Assembly: GCA_016870715.1 (NCBI GenBank) | Contig: VGAL01000001.1 | Span: 21,835-85,834 of the forward strand | Direction: 5' to 3' | DNA from: Actinomycetota bacterium | GTDB lineage: Bacteria; Actinomycetota; Actinomycetes; Nanopelagicales; Nanopelagicaceae | DNA: 64,000 bases | Part shown: piece after piece, positions 1-12,100 of the stretch | Position numbering within the stretch: position 1 is the stretch's first letter | How the letters are laid out: every line of letters starts with the position of its first letter | Program-made: the position numbers and the translations under genes | Notes under the pieces: generated by a model | The model's input: the letters and a program-made list of their open reading frames with translations, nothing else | What the model was told of the DNA's origin: nothing | Database searches by the model: none

Positions 1-717
1 TGCGTTGGAACCGCCCCCGACGCAGGCCAGAACTGCAGTAGGTAGCGCGCCAGTCAACTCGAGCACCTGTGCTCGCGCTTCATCACCAATGATGCGATGA
101 AAATCTCGAACCATGACTGGGAATGGGTGCGGACCGGCGACAGTCCCCAATATGTAATGGGTCGTCTCTACATTAGTTACCCAATCGCGCATCGCTTCAT
201 TGATCGCATCTTTTAGCGTTCTCGATCCTGCAGTAACAGGTACAACAGTTGCTCCAAGTAATCGCATTCGTGCAACATTGAGCGCTTGGCGTTTTGTGTC
301 CTCTTCTCCCATATAGACAACGCACTCAAGTCCAAGGAGCGCCGCTGCAGTTGCAGAAGCCACGCCATGTTGACCCGCACCTGTCTCGGCAATTACCCGC
401 TTCTTGCCCATCCGCTTTGTCATAAGCGCTTGACCAAGAACATTGTTGATCTTATGAGAACCGGTGTGGTTGAGATCCTCGCGCTTAAGCAAGATTCGCG
501 CTCCACCGCAGTAATCGGCGAAGCGATGAGCTTCAGTAAGGATGCTAGGACGCCCTGAGTAAGTTTTATGAAGATGGCTTAACTCGGCAGCAAAACTTTG
601 GTCGTTTTTGAGCTCCTGGTGCATCTGCGCTAATTCATCAAGCGCTGCGATAAGCGCCTCTGGTACGTAGCGACCACCATATGGGCCAAAGAGGCCGGTA
701 TCTACCGTTGCGGTCAT
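1..717 (-). CDS. trpB: tryptophan synthase beta chain, N-terminal part (3' end runs off the window start)
   Basis: My translation of the minus strand from ATG at 717 gives [20 protein letters not shown]..., later HTGSHKINN (PLP-lysine motif). ATGA overlap with the trpC stop at 714-717. Confidence 0.93.
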   Translation of the reverse strand, partial: MTATVDTGLFGPYGGRYVPEALIAALDELAQMHQELKNDQSFAAELSHLHKTYSGRPSILTEAHRFADYCGGARILLKREDLNHTGSHKINNVLGQALMTKRMGKKRVIAETGAGQHGVASATAAALLGLECVVYMGEEDTKRQALNVARMRLLGATVVPVTAGSRTLKDAINEAMRDWVTNVETTHYILGTVAGPHPFPVMVRDFHRIIGDEARAQVLELTGALPTAVLACVGGGSNA

Positions 718-1541
718 GGGCTAAGCCTACGGACTCTTGCCGCTTCCGCGCGATGTAAGAATGTTCGAATACTTTCGGCTGGATCTCCATCTTTTACAAG
801 AGCCTCGCCTACCAAGATGCCATCCGCCCCGACCGCCGCTAGCGCTGCTACCTCAACAGCGTTGCTGATTCCAGATTCAGCAATCAAAGGAACCCCAGCG
901 GCAACTAGAGGAGCCAGCTGGGAAAATATTTCAGAGTTAATGTCGAGCGTTTTAAGATTTCGTGCATTAATTCCCAGCAAATCCAGAGTGAGTACTCCTT
1001 GGGCTGAGAGACGAATCACACGAAGCAACTCATTTTCATTGTGGATTTCTATCAACGTTCGCATACCGAATGAATGGGTGAGATTGGAGAATTCAAGGAG
1101 TAGTTCATCGCTCAGTGCAGCGACAATTAAGAGAATGATATCTGCGCCATATGCTCGTGCTTCGAAAATCTGATACTCATCGACAATAAACTCTTTACGT
1201 AGCACGGGAATTGAAACAGCGCCTCGCACAGCGGCGAGATCGGCAAGCGAGCCGTTAAAGCGACGCTCCTCCGTCAAAACGCTAATGGCACACGCCCCAC
1301 CACGTTCATAACTTTTAGCAAGCGCTGCAGGATCGGAGATGTGTGCAAGCGCACCCTTACTCGGTGAAGAGCGTTTAACTTCAGCAATCACACCGAATGC
1401 TCCGCCTGCGAAATACTCTGTCACATCAAGAGCTGGTGCTGACTCTAGAGCGCGGCTACGTATCTGATGAAGAGGATGTTGACTTTTCCGATTGGCGAGA
1501 TCCTCTTTTACTCCGACGATGATCTCGTCTAGAACGCTCAT
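714..1541 (-). CDS. trpC: indole-3-glycerol phosphate synthase
   Basis: 275-aa ORF with [29 protein letters not shown] and [10 protein letters not shown]. Sits directly upstream of trpB. Confidence 0.93.
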   Translation of the reverse strand: MSVLDEIIVGVKEDLANRKSQHPLHQIRSRALESAPALDVTEYFAGGAFGVIAEVKRSSPSKGALAHISDPAALAKSYERGGACAISVLTEERRFNGSLADLAAVRGAVSIPVLRKEFIVDEYQIFEARAYGADIILLIVAALSDELLLEFSNLTHSFGMRTLIEIHNENELLRVIRLSAQGVLTLDLLGINARNLKTLDINSEIFSQLAPLVAAGVPLIAESGISNAVEVAALAAVGADGILVGEALVKDGDPAESIRTFLHRAEAARVRRLSP

Positions 1542-1559
1542 TTGGTTTAGTAGCGGCTA

Positions 1560-1793
1560 TTAATGTGAGGTCTGCTTGCGGCCAAGGCCAGCAGCTTTCA
1601 TCACAAGGCCCACAACGCCACCGAGCGCGACGATTGCAAAACCTGCAATAGCCCATGGAATATTCGCTACAGCAATCGCTACTCCGGCCACTATTGAACC
1701 AATGATGACGATGAAAGTCGTCGCCCACGCTGCAGGAGTCTTTCCGTGATTGTTTACAGACATTGGCTTCCCCTCTTGTGATGTGCCAGTCAT
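1560..1793 (-). CDS. HGxxPAAW-family small membrane protein
   Basis: 77-aa ORF with a literal HGKTPAAW followed by two hydrophobic helices. Lies between trpE and trpC, as in other actinobacteria. The start may instead be the internal ATG at 1763. Confidence 0.7.
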   Translation of the reverse strand: MTGTSQEGKPMSVNNHGKTPAAWATTFIVIIGSIVAGVAIAVANIPWAIAGFAIVALGGVVGLVMKAAGLGRKQTSH

Positions 1794-1840
1794 GTGCTAG
1801 CGATGTGGAGCACTTCAATTTTATCGTAGTTTTGCCACGC

Positions 1841-2113
1841 CTACCGCTCAGTTGGGTCCTCGCCGGCCGAGAGAGCGCGCCAGGGATCCTTCTCTCGCTC
1901 GTAACGACTCGGCAGCCCAGAGCGCTTTCGTCCGTCTCGCATCCGTTTAATGAAAAGAGGTGCAATCAAAGCCAGGAGTAATGAGGTGAGTGAGAGCGCT
2001 AAGAGTAGTAGCGCCCATACCTGCAGGGCTTGGCTCAATGATTGTGCTGCGATGATGATTCCAGAGGTGGAGAGAAGGATGGCGACAATGACTTTTACTG
2101 AGCGCATACTCAC
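1841..2113 (-). CDS. small membrane protein (position of the Trp-operon-associated membrane protein)
   Basis: 90-aa ORF whose GTG start overlaps the trpE stop (GTGA). Two hydrophobic helices, then a charged tail. Shorter than typical family members. Confidence 0.55.
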   Translation of the reverse strand: MSMRSVKVIVAILLSTSGIIIAAQSLSQALQVWALLLLALSLTSLLLALIAPLFIKRMRDGRKRSGLPSRYEREKDPWRALSAGEDPTER

Positions 2114-3603
2114 CCCTTTGCGAGTGCGTTAGCGGAAGCGATTGCGGTGAGTACCGCCGCCGCCTTGTTTACACACTCTTGGTCTTCGCTCTCAGGAATC
2201 GAGTCGGCCACGATTCCAGCTCCTGCCTGTACGTATGCAATGCGATCTTTGATGAGCGCCGTCCTGATTGCGATTGCTGAATCAAGATTTCCTCTGAAGT
2301 CGATATAACCAACGATGCCTCCATAAAGCCCGCGCCGAGTCGGCTCCAACTCCTCGATTATTTCCATTGCGCGCGGTTTAGGCGCTCCCGAGAGAGTGCC
2401 TGCAGGAAAGACTGCGCAGAGGGCATCAACTACTGAAACATCATCATTCAAAGCACCTGTCACAGTAGAGACGATATGCATCACATGGGAATATCTCTCT
2501 ATATTCATAAACTCTACAACGTCTACCGTTCCTGGTTTGCAGACTCTTCCTAGATCATTTCGTCCTAGATCAACAAGCATTAAATGCTCGGCGCGCTCCT
2601 TGATATCTCCCAAAAGTTCAGCTGCCAACCGATCATCTTCGACGCTGTCCTTTCCACGTGGTCGAGTGCCCGCAATCGGATGAACCATGGCTTTGCGATC
2701 AGAAATCTTGACGAGCGCTTCCGGACTAGAACCGACGACATCAAGTCCTCCACCAAATCGGAGCAGGTACATATATGGACTGGGGTTGTAGCGCCTAAGC
2801 ATTCGATAAATATCGAGTGTGCTTGCGTTGACGGAGGTTGAGAAACGTTGCGAGAGCACCACTTGAAATGCCTCACCTGCCAGAATCTCCTCTTTGATCC
2901 TCGCTACAGCCTCGCAGTATGCGGCAGAGCTTGTTGCCCGTAGATAATCTGGCTGAGCACGCTGGTCAAGGAAAGAGAGTGAGCCTTGTTCAGTTGACGA
3001 TACCCCTAATAAATCACCCTGCATTTGGTCAAGGCGCGAATTTGCATCTGTGAATGCCTCATCTACTCTTTCATCACTCCCATCCCAATTGATTGCATTA
3101 GCAATCAAGGTAACTACGCTCGTTGCATGATCGAAGATTGCTAGATCTGAGATGAGCATGAATGATAGCTCTGGGATATTGAGATCATCTTTTGCGATAT
3201 TGGGGAGCCGTTCCATTCTTCTGACGGCGTCATATCCGAGAAAACCTACAAGACCACTAGTTAAGGGTGGAAGTTCCGGAAGAGCCACGCTCTTTAAGTG
3301 TTTGGTGGTGATCTTTAGCGCTTCAAGTGGATCAATGCCCTCTGGAGCGCCAGCAGGTTTTATCCCGCTCCAGATAGCAGCACCATTCTCTTCGGTGAGA
3401 GTTGCATTGCTTCGAACACCAATAAAGGAGTAGCGCGACCAAGTCCTTCCATTCTCAGCAGACTCGAGGAGAAAAGTTCCCGATCGCTCCTTAGCTAATT
3501 TACTGTAGAGACTCAGAGGAGTTTCGTTATCCGCAACGAATGATCGTGTAACTGGAATGACAGTATGACTCTTCGCGAATGTGCGAAATTCCTCAAGGAA
3601 CAT
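2110..3603 (-). CDS. trpE: anthranilate synthase component I
   Basis: 497 aa with FLLESAENGRTWSRYSFIG and GAGIVADSIPESEDQEC (chorismate-binding enzyme signatures). Confidence 0.95.
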   Translation of the reverse strand: MFLEEFRTFAKSHTVIPVTRSFVADNETPLSLYSKLAKERSGTFLLESAENGRTWSRYSFIGVRSNATLTEENGAAIWSGIKPAGAPEGIDPLEALKITTKHLKSVALPELPPLTSGLVGFLGYDAVRRMERLPNIAKDDLNIPELSFMLISDLAIFDHATSVVTLIANAINWDGSDERVDEAFTDANSRLDQMQGDLLGVSSTEQGSLSFLDQRAQPDYLRATSSAAYCEAVARIKEEILAGEAFQVVLSQRFSTSVNASTLDIYRMLRRYNPSPYMYLLRFGGGLDVVGSSPEALVKISDRKAMVHPIAGTRPRGKDSVEDDRLAAELLGDIKERAEHLMLVDLGRNDLGRVCKPGTVDVVEFMNIERYSHVMHIVSTVTGALNDDVSVVDALCAVFPAGTLSGAPKPRAMEIIEELEPTRRGLYGGIVGYIDFRGNLDSAIAIRTALIKDRIAYVQAGAGIVADSIPESEDQECVNKAAAVLTAIASANALAKG

Positions 3604-3968
3604 CAGGTAATCCGATTACCGAAACAAGTTGGCGCACCCGTGTGGCAAGCAACACCTGTCTGATCGACCCTCATCAAAAGCGCATCGCTATCGCAATCCA
3701 CATCAATGGAGTGAAGTCTTTGGGTATTGCCGGATGTTTTCCCCTTTACCCATAACTCATTTCGACTCCGGCTCCAGTAGGTAGCCTCACCACTCTCAAT
3801 CGTCCTCATTAAAGCTTCGCGATTCATCCACGCGAGCATCAACACTTCATTGCTCTCTATCTGCTGGACGATTACCGGCAGAAGTGATGTGGGTTCGGCG
3901 AGACGACCCTCAATCTCTGCTGGGAGCACTGGCCTCTTACTCATAGCGATATTCTCCCCTATCTTCAC
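3603..3968 (-). CDS. hisI: phosphoribosyl-AMP cyclohydrolase
   Basis: 121 aa with [22 protein letters not shown] and [14 protein letters not shown] overlap with the hisF stop. The alternative ATG at 3944 is also possible. Confidence 0.9.
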   Translation of the reverse strand: MKIGENIAMSKRPVLPAEIEGRLAEPTSLLPVIVQQIESNEVLMLAWMNREALMRTIESGEATYWSRSRNELWVKGKTSGNTQRLHSIDVDCDSDALLMRVDQTGVACHTGAPTCFGNRIT

Positions 3969-4729
3969 CGGATGAGGTGGCCACGTCCTCGCAAGTACTC
4001 CTTGACCGCGCTAATGCGAAAAGTGCCAAAATGAAAGATTGAGGCGGCCAAGAGCGCATCGGCACCCGCCTTGATTGCCAGGTCAAAATCTTCTAGCGCC
4101 CCCGCGCCACCACTGGCGATTAGCGGCACCGTCGCCACCCCTCGCGCCCGAGTGATCATCTCAATGTCGTAACCAGATCGGGTGCCATCAGCGTCCATCG
4201 AATTAAGAAGGACCTCCCCGATGCCGCGCGAACATCCTTGCTCGATCCACCCCAGCGCATCGATACCGGAACTATGGCGACCGCCGTGGGTAGTCACTTC
4301 AAAACCACTTGGAGTATTTGCTCGTCGCGCATCAACAGATAGAACGAGAACTTGAGAGCCGAATCTCTCACTGATTTCATTAATTAATTCTGGGCGAGCA
4401 AGTGCAGCTGTGTTCACTGAGACCTTGTCAGCACCTGCACGCAAAAGTCGGTCAACATCATCAACGCTTCGGACGCCACCTCCCACTGTTAGTGGGATAA
4501 ATACTTCGGCTGCGCACCTATTAACTACCTCATACATGGTCTCGCGAGCGCCACTACTTGCCGTTATGTCGAGGAAGGTTAATTCATCTGCACCCTCAGC
4601 GTTATAGACGCGGGCCATCTCGACCGGATCTCCAGCATCGACTAAATTTGTGAAATTCACTCCTTTGACCACGCGCCCTTCCGTTACATCCAGACATGGG
4701 ATGATGCGAATCGCCGGCTTCTTACTCAT
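3965..4729 (-). CDS. hisF: imidazole glycerol phosphate synthase cyclase subunit
   Basis: 254 aa with [19 protein letters not shown] and [11 protein letters not shown]. Confidence 0.95.
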   Translation of the reverse strand: MSKKPAIRIIPCLDVTEGRVVKGVNFTNLVDAGDPVEMARVYNAEGADELTFLDITASSGARETMYEVVNRCAAEVFIPLTVGGGVRSVDDVDRLLRAGADKVSVNTAALARPELINEISERFGSQVLVLSVDARRANTPSGFEVTTHGGRHSSGIDALGWIEQGCSRGIGEVLLNSMDADGTRSGYDIEMITRARGVATVPLIASGGAGALEDFDLAIKAGADALLAASIFHFGTFRISAVKEYLRGRGHLIR

Positions 4730-5445
4730 CCTGCAACTACTAACGCCTCTTCGAGGGTGAATGCGCGAGCATAGAGCGCCTTTCCTACAATCGATCCTTC
4801 AATTCCGATATCAGTAAGCGAGCGAAGCGCTCGAATATCATCAAGAGTAGAGACGCCACCACTTGCAATAATTGGAGCCTTGGTTACCTCTGCAACCTCA
4901 CGGAGTAAATTTAAGTTTGGCCCTTGCATCGTGCCATCTTTTGCAACATCTGTTACGACATATCGAGCACATCCATCTCGATCAAGACGCGCTAAGGTCT
5001 CAAAGAGATCTCCGCCCTCTTTCGTCCAACCGCGTGCAGCCAGAGTGTGGCCACGGACATCAAGGCCAACAGCTATTTGCTCGCCGTATTTCTTGATGAC
5101 GCGAGCTGTCCAATCAGGATTCTCAAGGGCAGCAGTTCCGAGATTGATTCGTGCGCATCCGGTAGCAAGAGCGCGCTCGAGCGAGGCATCGTCTCTGATA
5201 CCGCCGGAGAGTTCCACTTTGATATCGAGTTTGCCGACTACTTCGGCGAGAATCTCATGATTACTGCCGATTCCAAATGCTGCATCAAGATCTACTAAGT
5301 GCAACCACTGCGCTCCTGAGTTCTGAAAATCCAAAGCGGCATCTATGGGTGCTCCGTACGAGCTCTCTTGAGATAGTTCACCTTGAACGAGACGAACCGC
5401 TTTACCATCTTTGACATCAACAGCTGGTAATAGAATTAAAGACAT
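4726..5445 (-). CDS. priA: ProFAR isomerase, actinobacterial HisA/PriA type (likely bifunctional HisA/TrpF)
   Basis: 239 aa with [18 protein letters not shown] and [12 protein letters not shown]. No trpF is present in the adjacent trp cluster. Confidence 0.9.
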   Translation of the reverse strand: MSLILLPAVDVKDGKAVRLVQGELSQESSYGAPIDAALDFQNSGAQWLHLVDLDAAFGIGSNHEILAEVVGKLDIKVELSGGIRDDASLERALATGCARINLGTAALENPDWTARVIKKYGEQIAVGLDVRGHTLAARGWTKEGGDLFETLARLDRDGCARYVVTDVAKDGTMQGPNLNLLREVAEVTKAPIIASGGVSTLDDIRALRSLTDIGIEGSIVGKALYARAFTLEEALVVAG

Positions 5446-6059
5446 TGGTTAATCCAATTCTCGATGAGCGTTGCGCCGGCATCGCCGGATTTCTCGGGGT
5501 GAAATTGGGTAGCGCTCAAGGGGCCATTCTCCACCGCAGCGATAAATGCTCCTCCATATTCACTCCAGCTTACTAGCGCAGGAGCCAGGCTCTCTGATGG
5601 GTGAAGTTCCCATTTTTGAGCGGCATAAGAATGGACAAAATAAAAACGCTCAGCTTCGACTCCTTGAAAAAGTACTGAACCAGGAGCGCTGTCGATTTCA
5701 CTCCAACCCATGTGGGGCAGAATTCCGGCCGGTAATTGCGCAACTCTGCCCGGCCACTGCCCCAGTCCTATCCGCGGAATGTCGTGTTCAACCCCTTCTG
5801 TAAAAAGGACTTGCATTCCTACACAAATTCCCAACACTGGTCGATTGGCAAGTAAGCGAGCATCGACAATTGCAGCTGCTTCAACGCGATCGAGTCCATC
5901 CATACAGGCGGCAAATGCTCCCACTCCTGGAATAACCAGACCATCGGCCTCTATGCACTCTTCCCGATTCGATGTGATCTGCGCATCAATCCCATGGCGT
6001 GCAAATGCTCTTTGCGCCGAACGAACATTTCCGAAACCATAATCAAGAATCGCTATCAA
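5436..6059 (-). CDS. hisH: imidazole glycerol phosphate synthase glutaminase subunit
   Basis: 207 aa with [10 protein letters not shown] (catalytic Cys) and QFHPEKSG. Confidence 0.95.
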   Translation of the reverse strand: MIAILDYGFGNVRSAQRAFARHGIDAQITSNREECIEADGLVIPGVGAFAACMDGLDRVEAAAIVDARLLANRPVLGICVGMQVLFTEGVEHDIPRIGLGQWPGRVAQLPAGILPHMGWSEIDSAPGSVLFQGVEAERFYFVHSYAAQKWELHPSESLAPALVSWSEYGGAFIAAVENGPLSATQFHPEKSGDAGATLIENWINQCL

Positions 6060-6640
6060 AGGGTGCCTTTAGTGGAAGGAATTCCAGCGACTCCATCTCG
6101 TGAGACTGCATCGCGAAGAGCGCGAGCAACCGCTTTGAATTGAGCTTCCATGACGTGGTGTGCATTACGTCCCTCAAGCACGCGGACGTGGAGAGCTATG
6201 CGAGCTTCGGCGATAAGTGATTCCCAAATGTGGCGCGTAAGAGTGGTGTCGTAAGTGCCGATCAATTCCACAATCTCAGGTTGACGATGAATCAAATATG
6301 GGCGACCCGAAAGATCAACCGCTGCTTGCACCAGTACTTCGTCGAGCGGCACTGTGGCATCGCCGAAGCGGCGAATCCCCGATTTATCTCCAAGCGCTTC
6401 CCGGAGCGCTTGTCCGAGGGCGAGGGAGGTATCTTCGACTGTGTGGTGAGAATCGACCTCTACATCACCGGTGGTCTTGACGGTTAAGTTAAAGCCGGCG
6501 TGCTTACCAAGTTGGCTGAGCATGTGGTCGAAGAATGGCACTTGGGTATCGATGGAAATCTCTCCTGTGCCATCAAGTTCGAGATCAATATGGACCGATG
6601 ACTCTTTGGTGGTGCGATCGACTACTGCGCGACGACTCAT
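6056..6640 (-). CDS. hisB: imidazoleglycerol-phosphate dehydratase
   Basis: 194 aa with [14 protein letters not shown]. Monofunctional length. Confidence 0.95.
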   Translation of the reverse strand: MSRRAVVDRTTKESSVHIDLELDGTGEISIDTQVPFFDHMLSQLGKHAGFNLTVKTTGDVEVDSHHTVEDTSLALGQALREALGDKSGIRRFGDATVPLDEVLVQAAVDLSGRPYLIHRQPEIVELIGTYDTTLTRHIWESLIAEARIALHVRVLEGRNAHHVMEAQFKAVARALRDAVSRDGVAGIPSTKGTL

Positions 6641-6675
6641 CGTGCCCCCTATTGCTCGCTAACGTACCGAGAATT

Positions 6676-7809
6676 TTACCCTGTGGCGCTTATCCCAAGC
6701 GCCTTGCTCAGCGCAGCGATAAATCGGTCGTTTTCCTGAGGAGAGCCCACTGTTGCTCGGAGGTAATGAGGCAAGGCTACATCGCGGACGAGAACATCCT
6801 CTGCCAGTAGCGCCTGCCATAACGACTTGGGATCGACTGCGTGGAAGAGGAAGAAATTAGCGCCACTTGTCAGTGTCTCTACCCCTAATCGCTCCAACTC
6901 TTTTCTGATTCGCACTCGCTCTCGACTTAAGTGTGCGACATTAGCGAGCAACTCACGAGAGTAAGCCAGAGCCACTAGAGCTAGAGCCTGAGTTGCGCTA
7001 CTCAAGTGATAGGGAAGCCTGACCAATAACATCGCCTCAATCACTGCAGGATTAGCCACGAGATAGCCGACCCGAGCGCCGGCAAAGGCAAAGGCCTTGC
7101 TCATAGTTCGACAGACGATGATGTTAGGTAATTCATCGATGAGGGTGATCGCGCTTGGTTCTGGGGAGAACTCCTGATAAGCCTCGTCCACTACTAACAA
7201 TGCATTTACCTCTGCGCAGATTCGCCCAAGAGTTCTAATGTCGTTGATGGCGGTTATTGTTCCCGTTGGATTGTTTGGTGTAGTCAGAAAGATAAGTGAA
7301 GGTTTCTCTGCAGCAATCGTCCTGTGAGCACTTTCGATATCAATAACGAAGTCGCCTACACGATCCACTCTTATCCATGAAGTGCCCGTTACTCGCGCAA
7401 TATTGTGATGCATCGAATAGGAGGGCTCGAATCCAACTGCACTCCTGCCTGATCCACCGAAGGCAAGGAAGATGCTCTGGATAACCTCGTTACTTCCATT
7501 CGCTGCCCAAATATTCGCCTCTGAAAATCTCGTGTCAGAGAGTTGATTGAGGTACTGTGCAAGCGTGCGCCTTAATTCGATTGCATCTCGATCTGGATAG
7601 CGATTTAATCTCGCACCAATCTCACTGATGGCGCTCTCTAGATCCTTTACCAAAGTTTTATTCGGCCCAAATGGATTCTCATTGGTATTGAGTCGAGTAG
7701 AGACATTTAATTGAGGTGCACCGTAAGGCACTTGATCCTGCAGATCATCACGGAGTGGTAACCATGCTGGCCATTTCGCTCTCTTATTTTCTCCATTATT
7801 CGTGGTCAT
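6676..7809 (-). CDS. hisC: histidinol-phosphate aminotransferase
   Basis: 377 aa with TTPNNPTGT and [14 protein letters not shown] (PLP-lysine). Confidence 0.93.
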   Translation of the reverse strand: MTTNNGENKRAKWPAWLPLRDDLQDQVPYGAPQLNVSTRLNTNENPFGPNKTLVKDLESAISEIGARLNRYPDRDAIELRRTLAQYLNQLSDTRFSEANIWAANGSNEVIQSIFLAFGGSGRSAVGFEPSYSMHHNIARVTGTSWIRVDRVGDFVIDIESAHRTIAAEKPSLIFLTTPNNPTGTITAINDIRTLGRICAEVNALLVVDEAYQEFSPEPSAITLIDELPNIIVCRTMSKAFAFAGARVGYLVANPAVIEAMLLVRLPYHLSSATQALALVALAYSRELLANVAHLSRERVRIRKELERLGVETLTSGANFFLFHAVDPKSLWQALLAEDVLVRDVALPHYLRATVGSPQENDRFIAALSKALGISATG

Positions 7810-9125
7810 GACTCAAGCCGCGCCTTGATTGCTTCCCCGTGAGCGGGGAGATCTTCAGCATTTGCCAGCGTTACCACCACGTCGGCAACTTCGCGAAGGG
7901 CAGCTTGGGAGTACTCCACAAAATGAAGTCCCTTGAGAAAGGTCTGCACAGAGAGGCCACTTGAATGGCAAGCGCATCCACCAGTGGGTAGGACGTGATT
8001 TGAACCAGCAGAGTAATCCCCCAGTGATACCGGCGAGAAGGAACCGATGAAGATTGCACCACCATTACGCACCTTGGCTGCATCAGATTGAGAGTTGCGG
8101 GTGTGGATTTGCACATGCTCACCTGCGTAGGCATTAAGAACCAGAAGCCCCTGCTCGACATCTTTGACAATCACGACTGCTGACTGGATTCCAGAGAGCG
8201 CTGTAGCAATTCGTTCGCGATGTTTGGTCTTCGAAACACGTTCACTAACTCGATCTTGAACCGCATCAGCAAAGTTTTTGCTCGTCGTCACGAGCACCGC
8301 AGCGGCGATGGTGTCGTGTTCGGCTTGGCTCAACAAATCAGCTGCGACAAAATCAGGATTAGCTGTCTCGTCGGCGAGGATGATGATCTCTGTGGGCCCA
8401 GCCTCAGAGTCAATTCCAATCACTCCGCGCAACGCGCGTTTGGCTGCAGCGACATATACATTTCCCGGACCGGTCACCATGTCAACCGCTTCGCAACCAA
8501 CGCCATAGGCGAACATCGCTACTGCTTGCGCTCCACCCACTGCGTACACCTCATCAATGCCTAAGAGCGCACATGTTGCCAAGATGGTGGGATGAGGCAG
8601 ACCATCAAACTCCCTCTGCGGAGGTGAAGCGACAGCTAGCGAACCAACTCCCGCAATCTGTGCAGGAATAACATTCATCATCACGCTGCTGGGATAGACC
8701 GCTCGACCACCTGGGACGTAGAGCCCAACCCGATCCACTGGCACCCAACGTTCTGTAACAACTCCTCCTGGAATCACCGCAATGCTCTTATCGCTCCGTT
8801 TTTGTTCTTGATGAACGGTCCGAATCCGCTCTATAGATTCTGTAAGAGCCGTGTGCACGCGTGAATCTAGGTTTGCTAGCGCCTTTTGCAACTCATGTGA
8901 AGGGACCCGAAGCTGCTGCGGACGGATTCCGTCGAAACGCTCCCCTAAATCTAGAAGCGCATTTACTCCGCCAGTTCGTACTTTTTCAATAATTTTTTGT
9001 ACATCGTTCATCGCTCCAGCAACATCGAGTTCGGCGCGCGGCAAAAGCGCACGGATTTCATCTCGAGTACTCGATGAATTAATCGAGGAGCCAAGATCCA
9101 ACTCTCGAATTAGCGGGGATTTCAC
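7806..9125 (-). CDS. hisD: histidinol dehydrogenase
   Basis: 439 aa with LLSQAEHD and [15 protein letters not shown]. Confidence 0.95.
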   Translation of the reverse strand: MKSPLIRELDLGSSINSSSTRDEIRALLPRAELDVAGAMNDVQKIIEKVRTGGVNALLDLGERFDGIRPQQLRVPSHELQKALANLDSRVHTALTESIERIRTVHQEQKRSDKSIAVIPGGVVTERWVPVDRVGLYVPGGRAVYPSSVMMNVIPAQIAGVGSLAVASPPQREFDGLPHPTILATCALLGIDEVYAVGGAQAVAMFAYGVGCEAVDMVTGPGNVYVAAAKRALRGVIGIDSEAGPTEIIILADETANPDFVAADLLSQAEHDTIAAAVLVTTSKNFADAVQDRVSERVSKTKHRERIATALSGIQSAVVIVKDVEQGLLVLNAYAGEHVQIHTRNSQSDAAKVRNGGAIFIGSFSPVSLGDYSAGSNHVLPTGGCACHSSGLSVQTFLKGLHFVEYSQAALREVADVVVTLANAEDLPAHGEAIKARLES

Positions 9126-9176
9126 TTCCCCATTCTACTCAAGAGCAGATGAAAATGACGGGCAATATTCTCCCTG

Positions 9177-12100
9177 TTACGTCAGGCAATTAGGGCCAAG
9201 TAGCGCCTTTAAATCTGCACTTAGGCTGGCGGTAGCGCTCACCTTTAAACCTTCATCGATAGTAAGCAAGGTGTTCTCGGTTGCGCTCTCAAGTCGAAGA
9301 TGAACATCGGTGGTCCCTGGATGTGAACGAAGAACTTCCTTCATCCGCTCGACCACTGGAGGGGTGCAACGAGCAAGCGGCAATGTAATGACAAGAGGTC
9401 CTTTTCGTTCTTGATGAAGATCAGGAAGGCTCATCTCCATCAGGATGAATTTGGGAGTTTCTTCCCGTCGATCCACTCTTCCCTTGACGAGGACAATGAC
9501 ATCCTCACCCATCAGCGCACCATATTGATTATAAGTATTGGAAAATGCCATCACATCCACTGCTCCGGAGAGATCTTCCAACGTAAATATCGCCCATGCA
9601 GCACCTTGGCGTGTGACTTTTCTTTGAATTCCAGTAATCAGACCGGCGATCGTGACAATTTCGTCATTATGAGATCCACTCGACTCTTCACCTGAAATCG
9701 TGCTGATCGGTTTATCAGAAATTGAAGAGAGAAATGACTCAACTCCTAGCAAAGGATGGTCAGATACATATAGCCCAAGCATCTCTCGCTCATGCGCGAG
9801 GAGAGTTCGCTTATCCCATTCATCAATCGGATAATCCAAATCAACATGAGCGACGTTACTTTCATTGGCTGCGCCAAATAAATCGAATTGCCCAATAGCC
9901 TCGGCGCGTTTGGTCTCGGTGATGCTTTCGAGGGCCTCCAGATAGATGGCCATCAGTCCGCGTCGGGAATGCCCTAGTGAGTCAAAGGCTCCGCCCTTGA
10001 TCAGAGATTCGAGGGTCTTCTTGTTGCACACCTGACCATCGACTTTGGCGAGGAAGTCGCCAAAAGATGTGAAAGCACCTTTACTCTCTCGCGCTCTCTT
10101 AATCAATTCGACAGCGCCTGCACCCACATTGCGAATCGCAGCGAGCCCAAACCTAATGTCTTTTCCACGCGGGGTGTAATCCGATTCAGATTCATTCACA
10201 TCAGGTGGCAGAACTTTAATTCCCATTCGTCGACATTCACTTAAATAGAGCGCGCTCTTATCTTTATCATCACGAACGCTAGTCAAAAGCGCCGCCATAT
10301 ATTCAGTCGGGTAATTTGCCTTTAGATATGCGGTCCAATACGAGACCATTCCGTATCCAGCGCTATGTGCCCGGTTAAATGCATAATCTGAGAAGGGAAC
10401 GAGAATCTCCCACAACATAGAGATGGCATTGTCGGAGTAACCGCGCTCGCGCATTCCTGCTTGGAACGGTATGTACTCCTTATCGAGAATCTCCTTCTTC
10501 TTCTTACCCATCGCTCGCCGTAACAGATCTGCACCGCCAAGGGAGAATCCTGCTAACTTCTGGGCGATTGCCATGACTTGTTCCTGGTAAACGATTAATC
10601 CATATGTATCTCCGAGGATCTTAGCGAGCGGTTCTGCCAACTCACGGTGAATCGGGATTACCGGTTTTCGGCCATTCTTGCGATCGGCATAATCGTTATG
10701 CGCATTTGCACCCATAGGGCCTGGTCGATAGAGCGCGATTACCGCGGAGATATCTTCGAAAGAATCTGGTGCTAGCGAGCGCAAGAGCGAGCGCATCGGG
10801 CCGCCATCGAGTTGAAAGACTCCTAAAGTCTCACCTCGGGCGAGCAATTCATATGTTTTCTTATCATCAAGTGCGAGCTCTTCAAGAGTAAATGTTCTTT
10901 CTTGATTGATATTTATATTCGCAAGGCAATCATCGAGCACTGTGAGGTTTCGGAGTCCGAGAAAATCCATTTTGAGTAGACCCAGGGCCTCGCAAGCACC
11001 CATATCGAATTGGGTGATAATCGAACCATCGGCTTCGCGACGCTGAATCGGAATCACATCCAATAGTGGTTCCTTGCTCAGAATCACGCCGGCCGCGTGT
11101 ACACCCCATTGTCGCTTCAAACCTTCAAGGCCACGGGCGGTATCGATGACTCTTTTCGCATCAGCATCGCTGTCATACAGCGAACGCACTTCGCCCGCTT
11201 CTACATATCGTTCATCATCTGGATTAAATATTCCAGCAAGTGAAATGTCCTTGCCCATCACTGCCGGTGGTAGTGACTTGTTGATCTTCTCTCCGACTAT
11301 GTAGGGAAGTCCAAGTACTCGAGTGGCATCTTTAACCGCTTGCTTAGCTTTGATAGTTCCGTAGGTGATGATTTGTGCGACACGTTCTTCACCATAGCGA
11401 GATGTTGCATATTGAATCATCTCTCCACGGTGTCGTTCATCAAAATCCAAATCGATATCAGGCATGGAGATACGCTCCGGATTCAAGAAGCGCTCGAAGA
11501 GCAAGCCATGCTTGATTGGATCTAAACCTGTTATTCCCAATGCATAGGAGACCACCGCTCCCGCAGCTGAACCACGGCCAGGTCCTACGCGAATCCCTCT
11601 CTTCTCTGCGTAATTAACTAGATCAGCAACGACGAGGAAGTATCCAGGAAAACCCATCTGGCAGATGACTTGCACTTCATACGCTGCTCGCTTGAGATGC
11701 TCAGTTGGAACACCATCGGGGAAACGGCGCGCTAATCCCCGCGCTACCTCTTTCTCGAGCCAGGATTCTTCACTCTCGCCAGCAGGAACAGGAAATTGCG
11801 GAAGAAGATTTTCACCTTCGCGGAAAGTTACCTCACATCGCTCTGCAATTGCTAGTGTGTTATCACACGCTTCGGGTAGTTCACTAAAGAGTTCGCGCAT
11901 CTGACTTGCCGACTTTAGGTAATACTCAGATCCTTCGAATTTAAATCTCTTGGGATCTGAGATAACTGACCCTGACTGAATACATAAAAGCGCTGAATGC
12001 GCTTGCTCATCTTCCTTTTTTGTATAGTGCAGATCATTCGTAGCTAATAATGGTAATTGTAAATCTTTTGCAAGTTTGAGCAGGTCTTGTTTTGTGCGAC

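Noticed and set aside
817-1173. Numerous 60-150-aa ORFs antisense to housekeeping genes (for example 817-1173, 8851-9303, 20717-21160, 21977-22561, 39428-39775)
   Set aside because: They are typical frame shadows of strongly supported genes on the opposite strand. They have Ser/Arg/Ala/Pro-rich compositions and no RBS or independent motif support.
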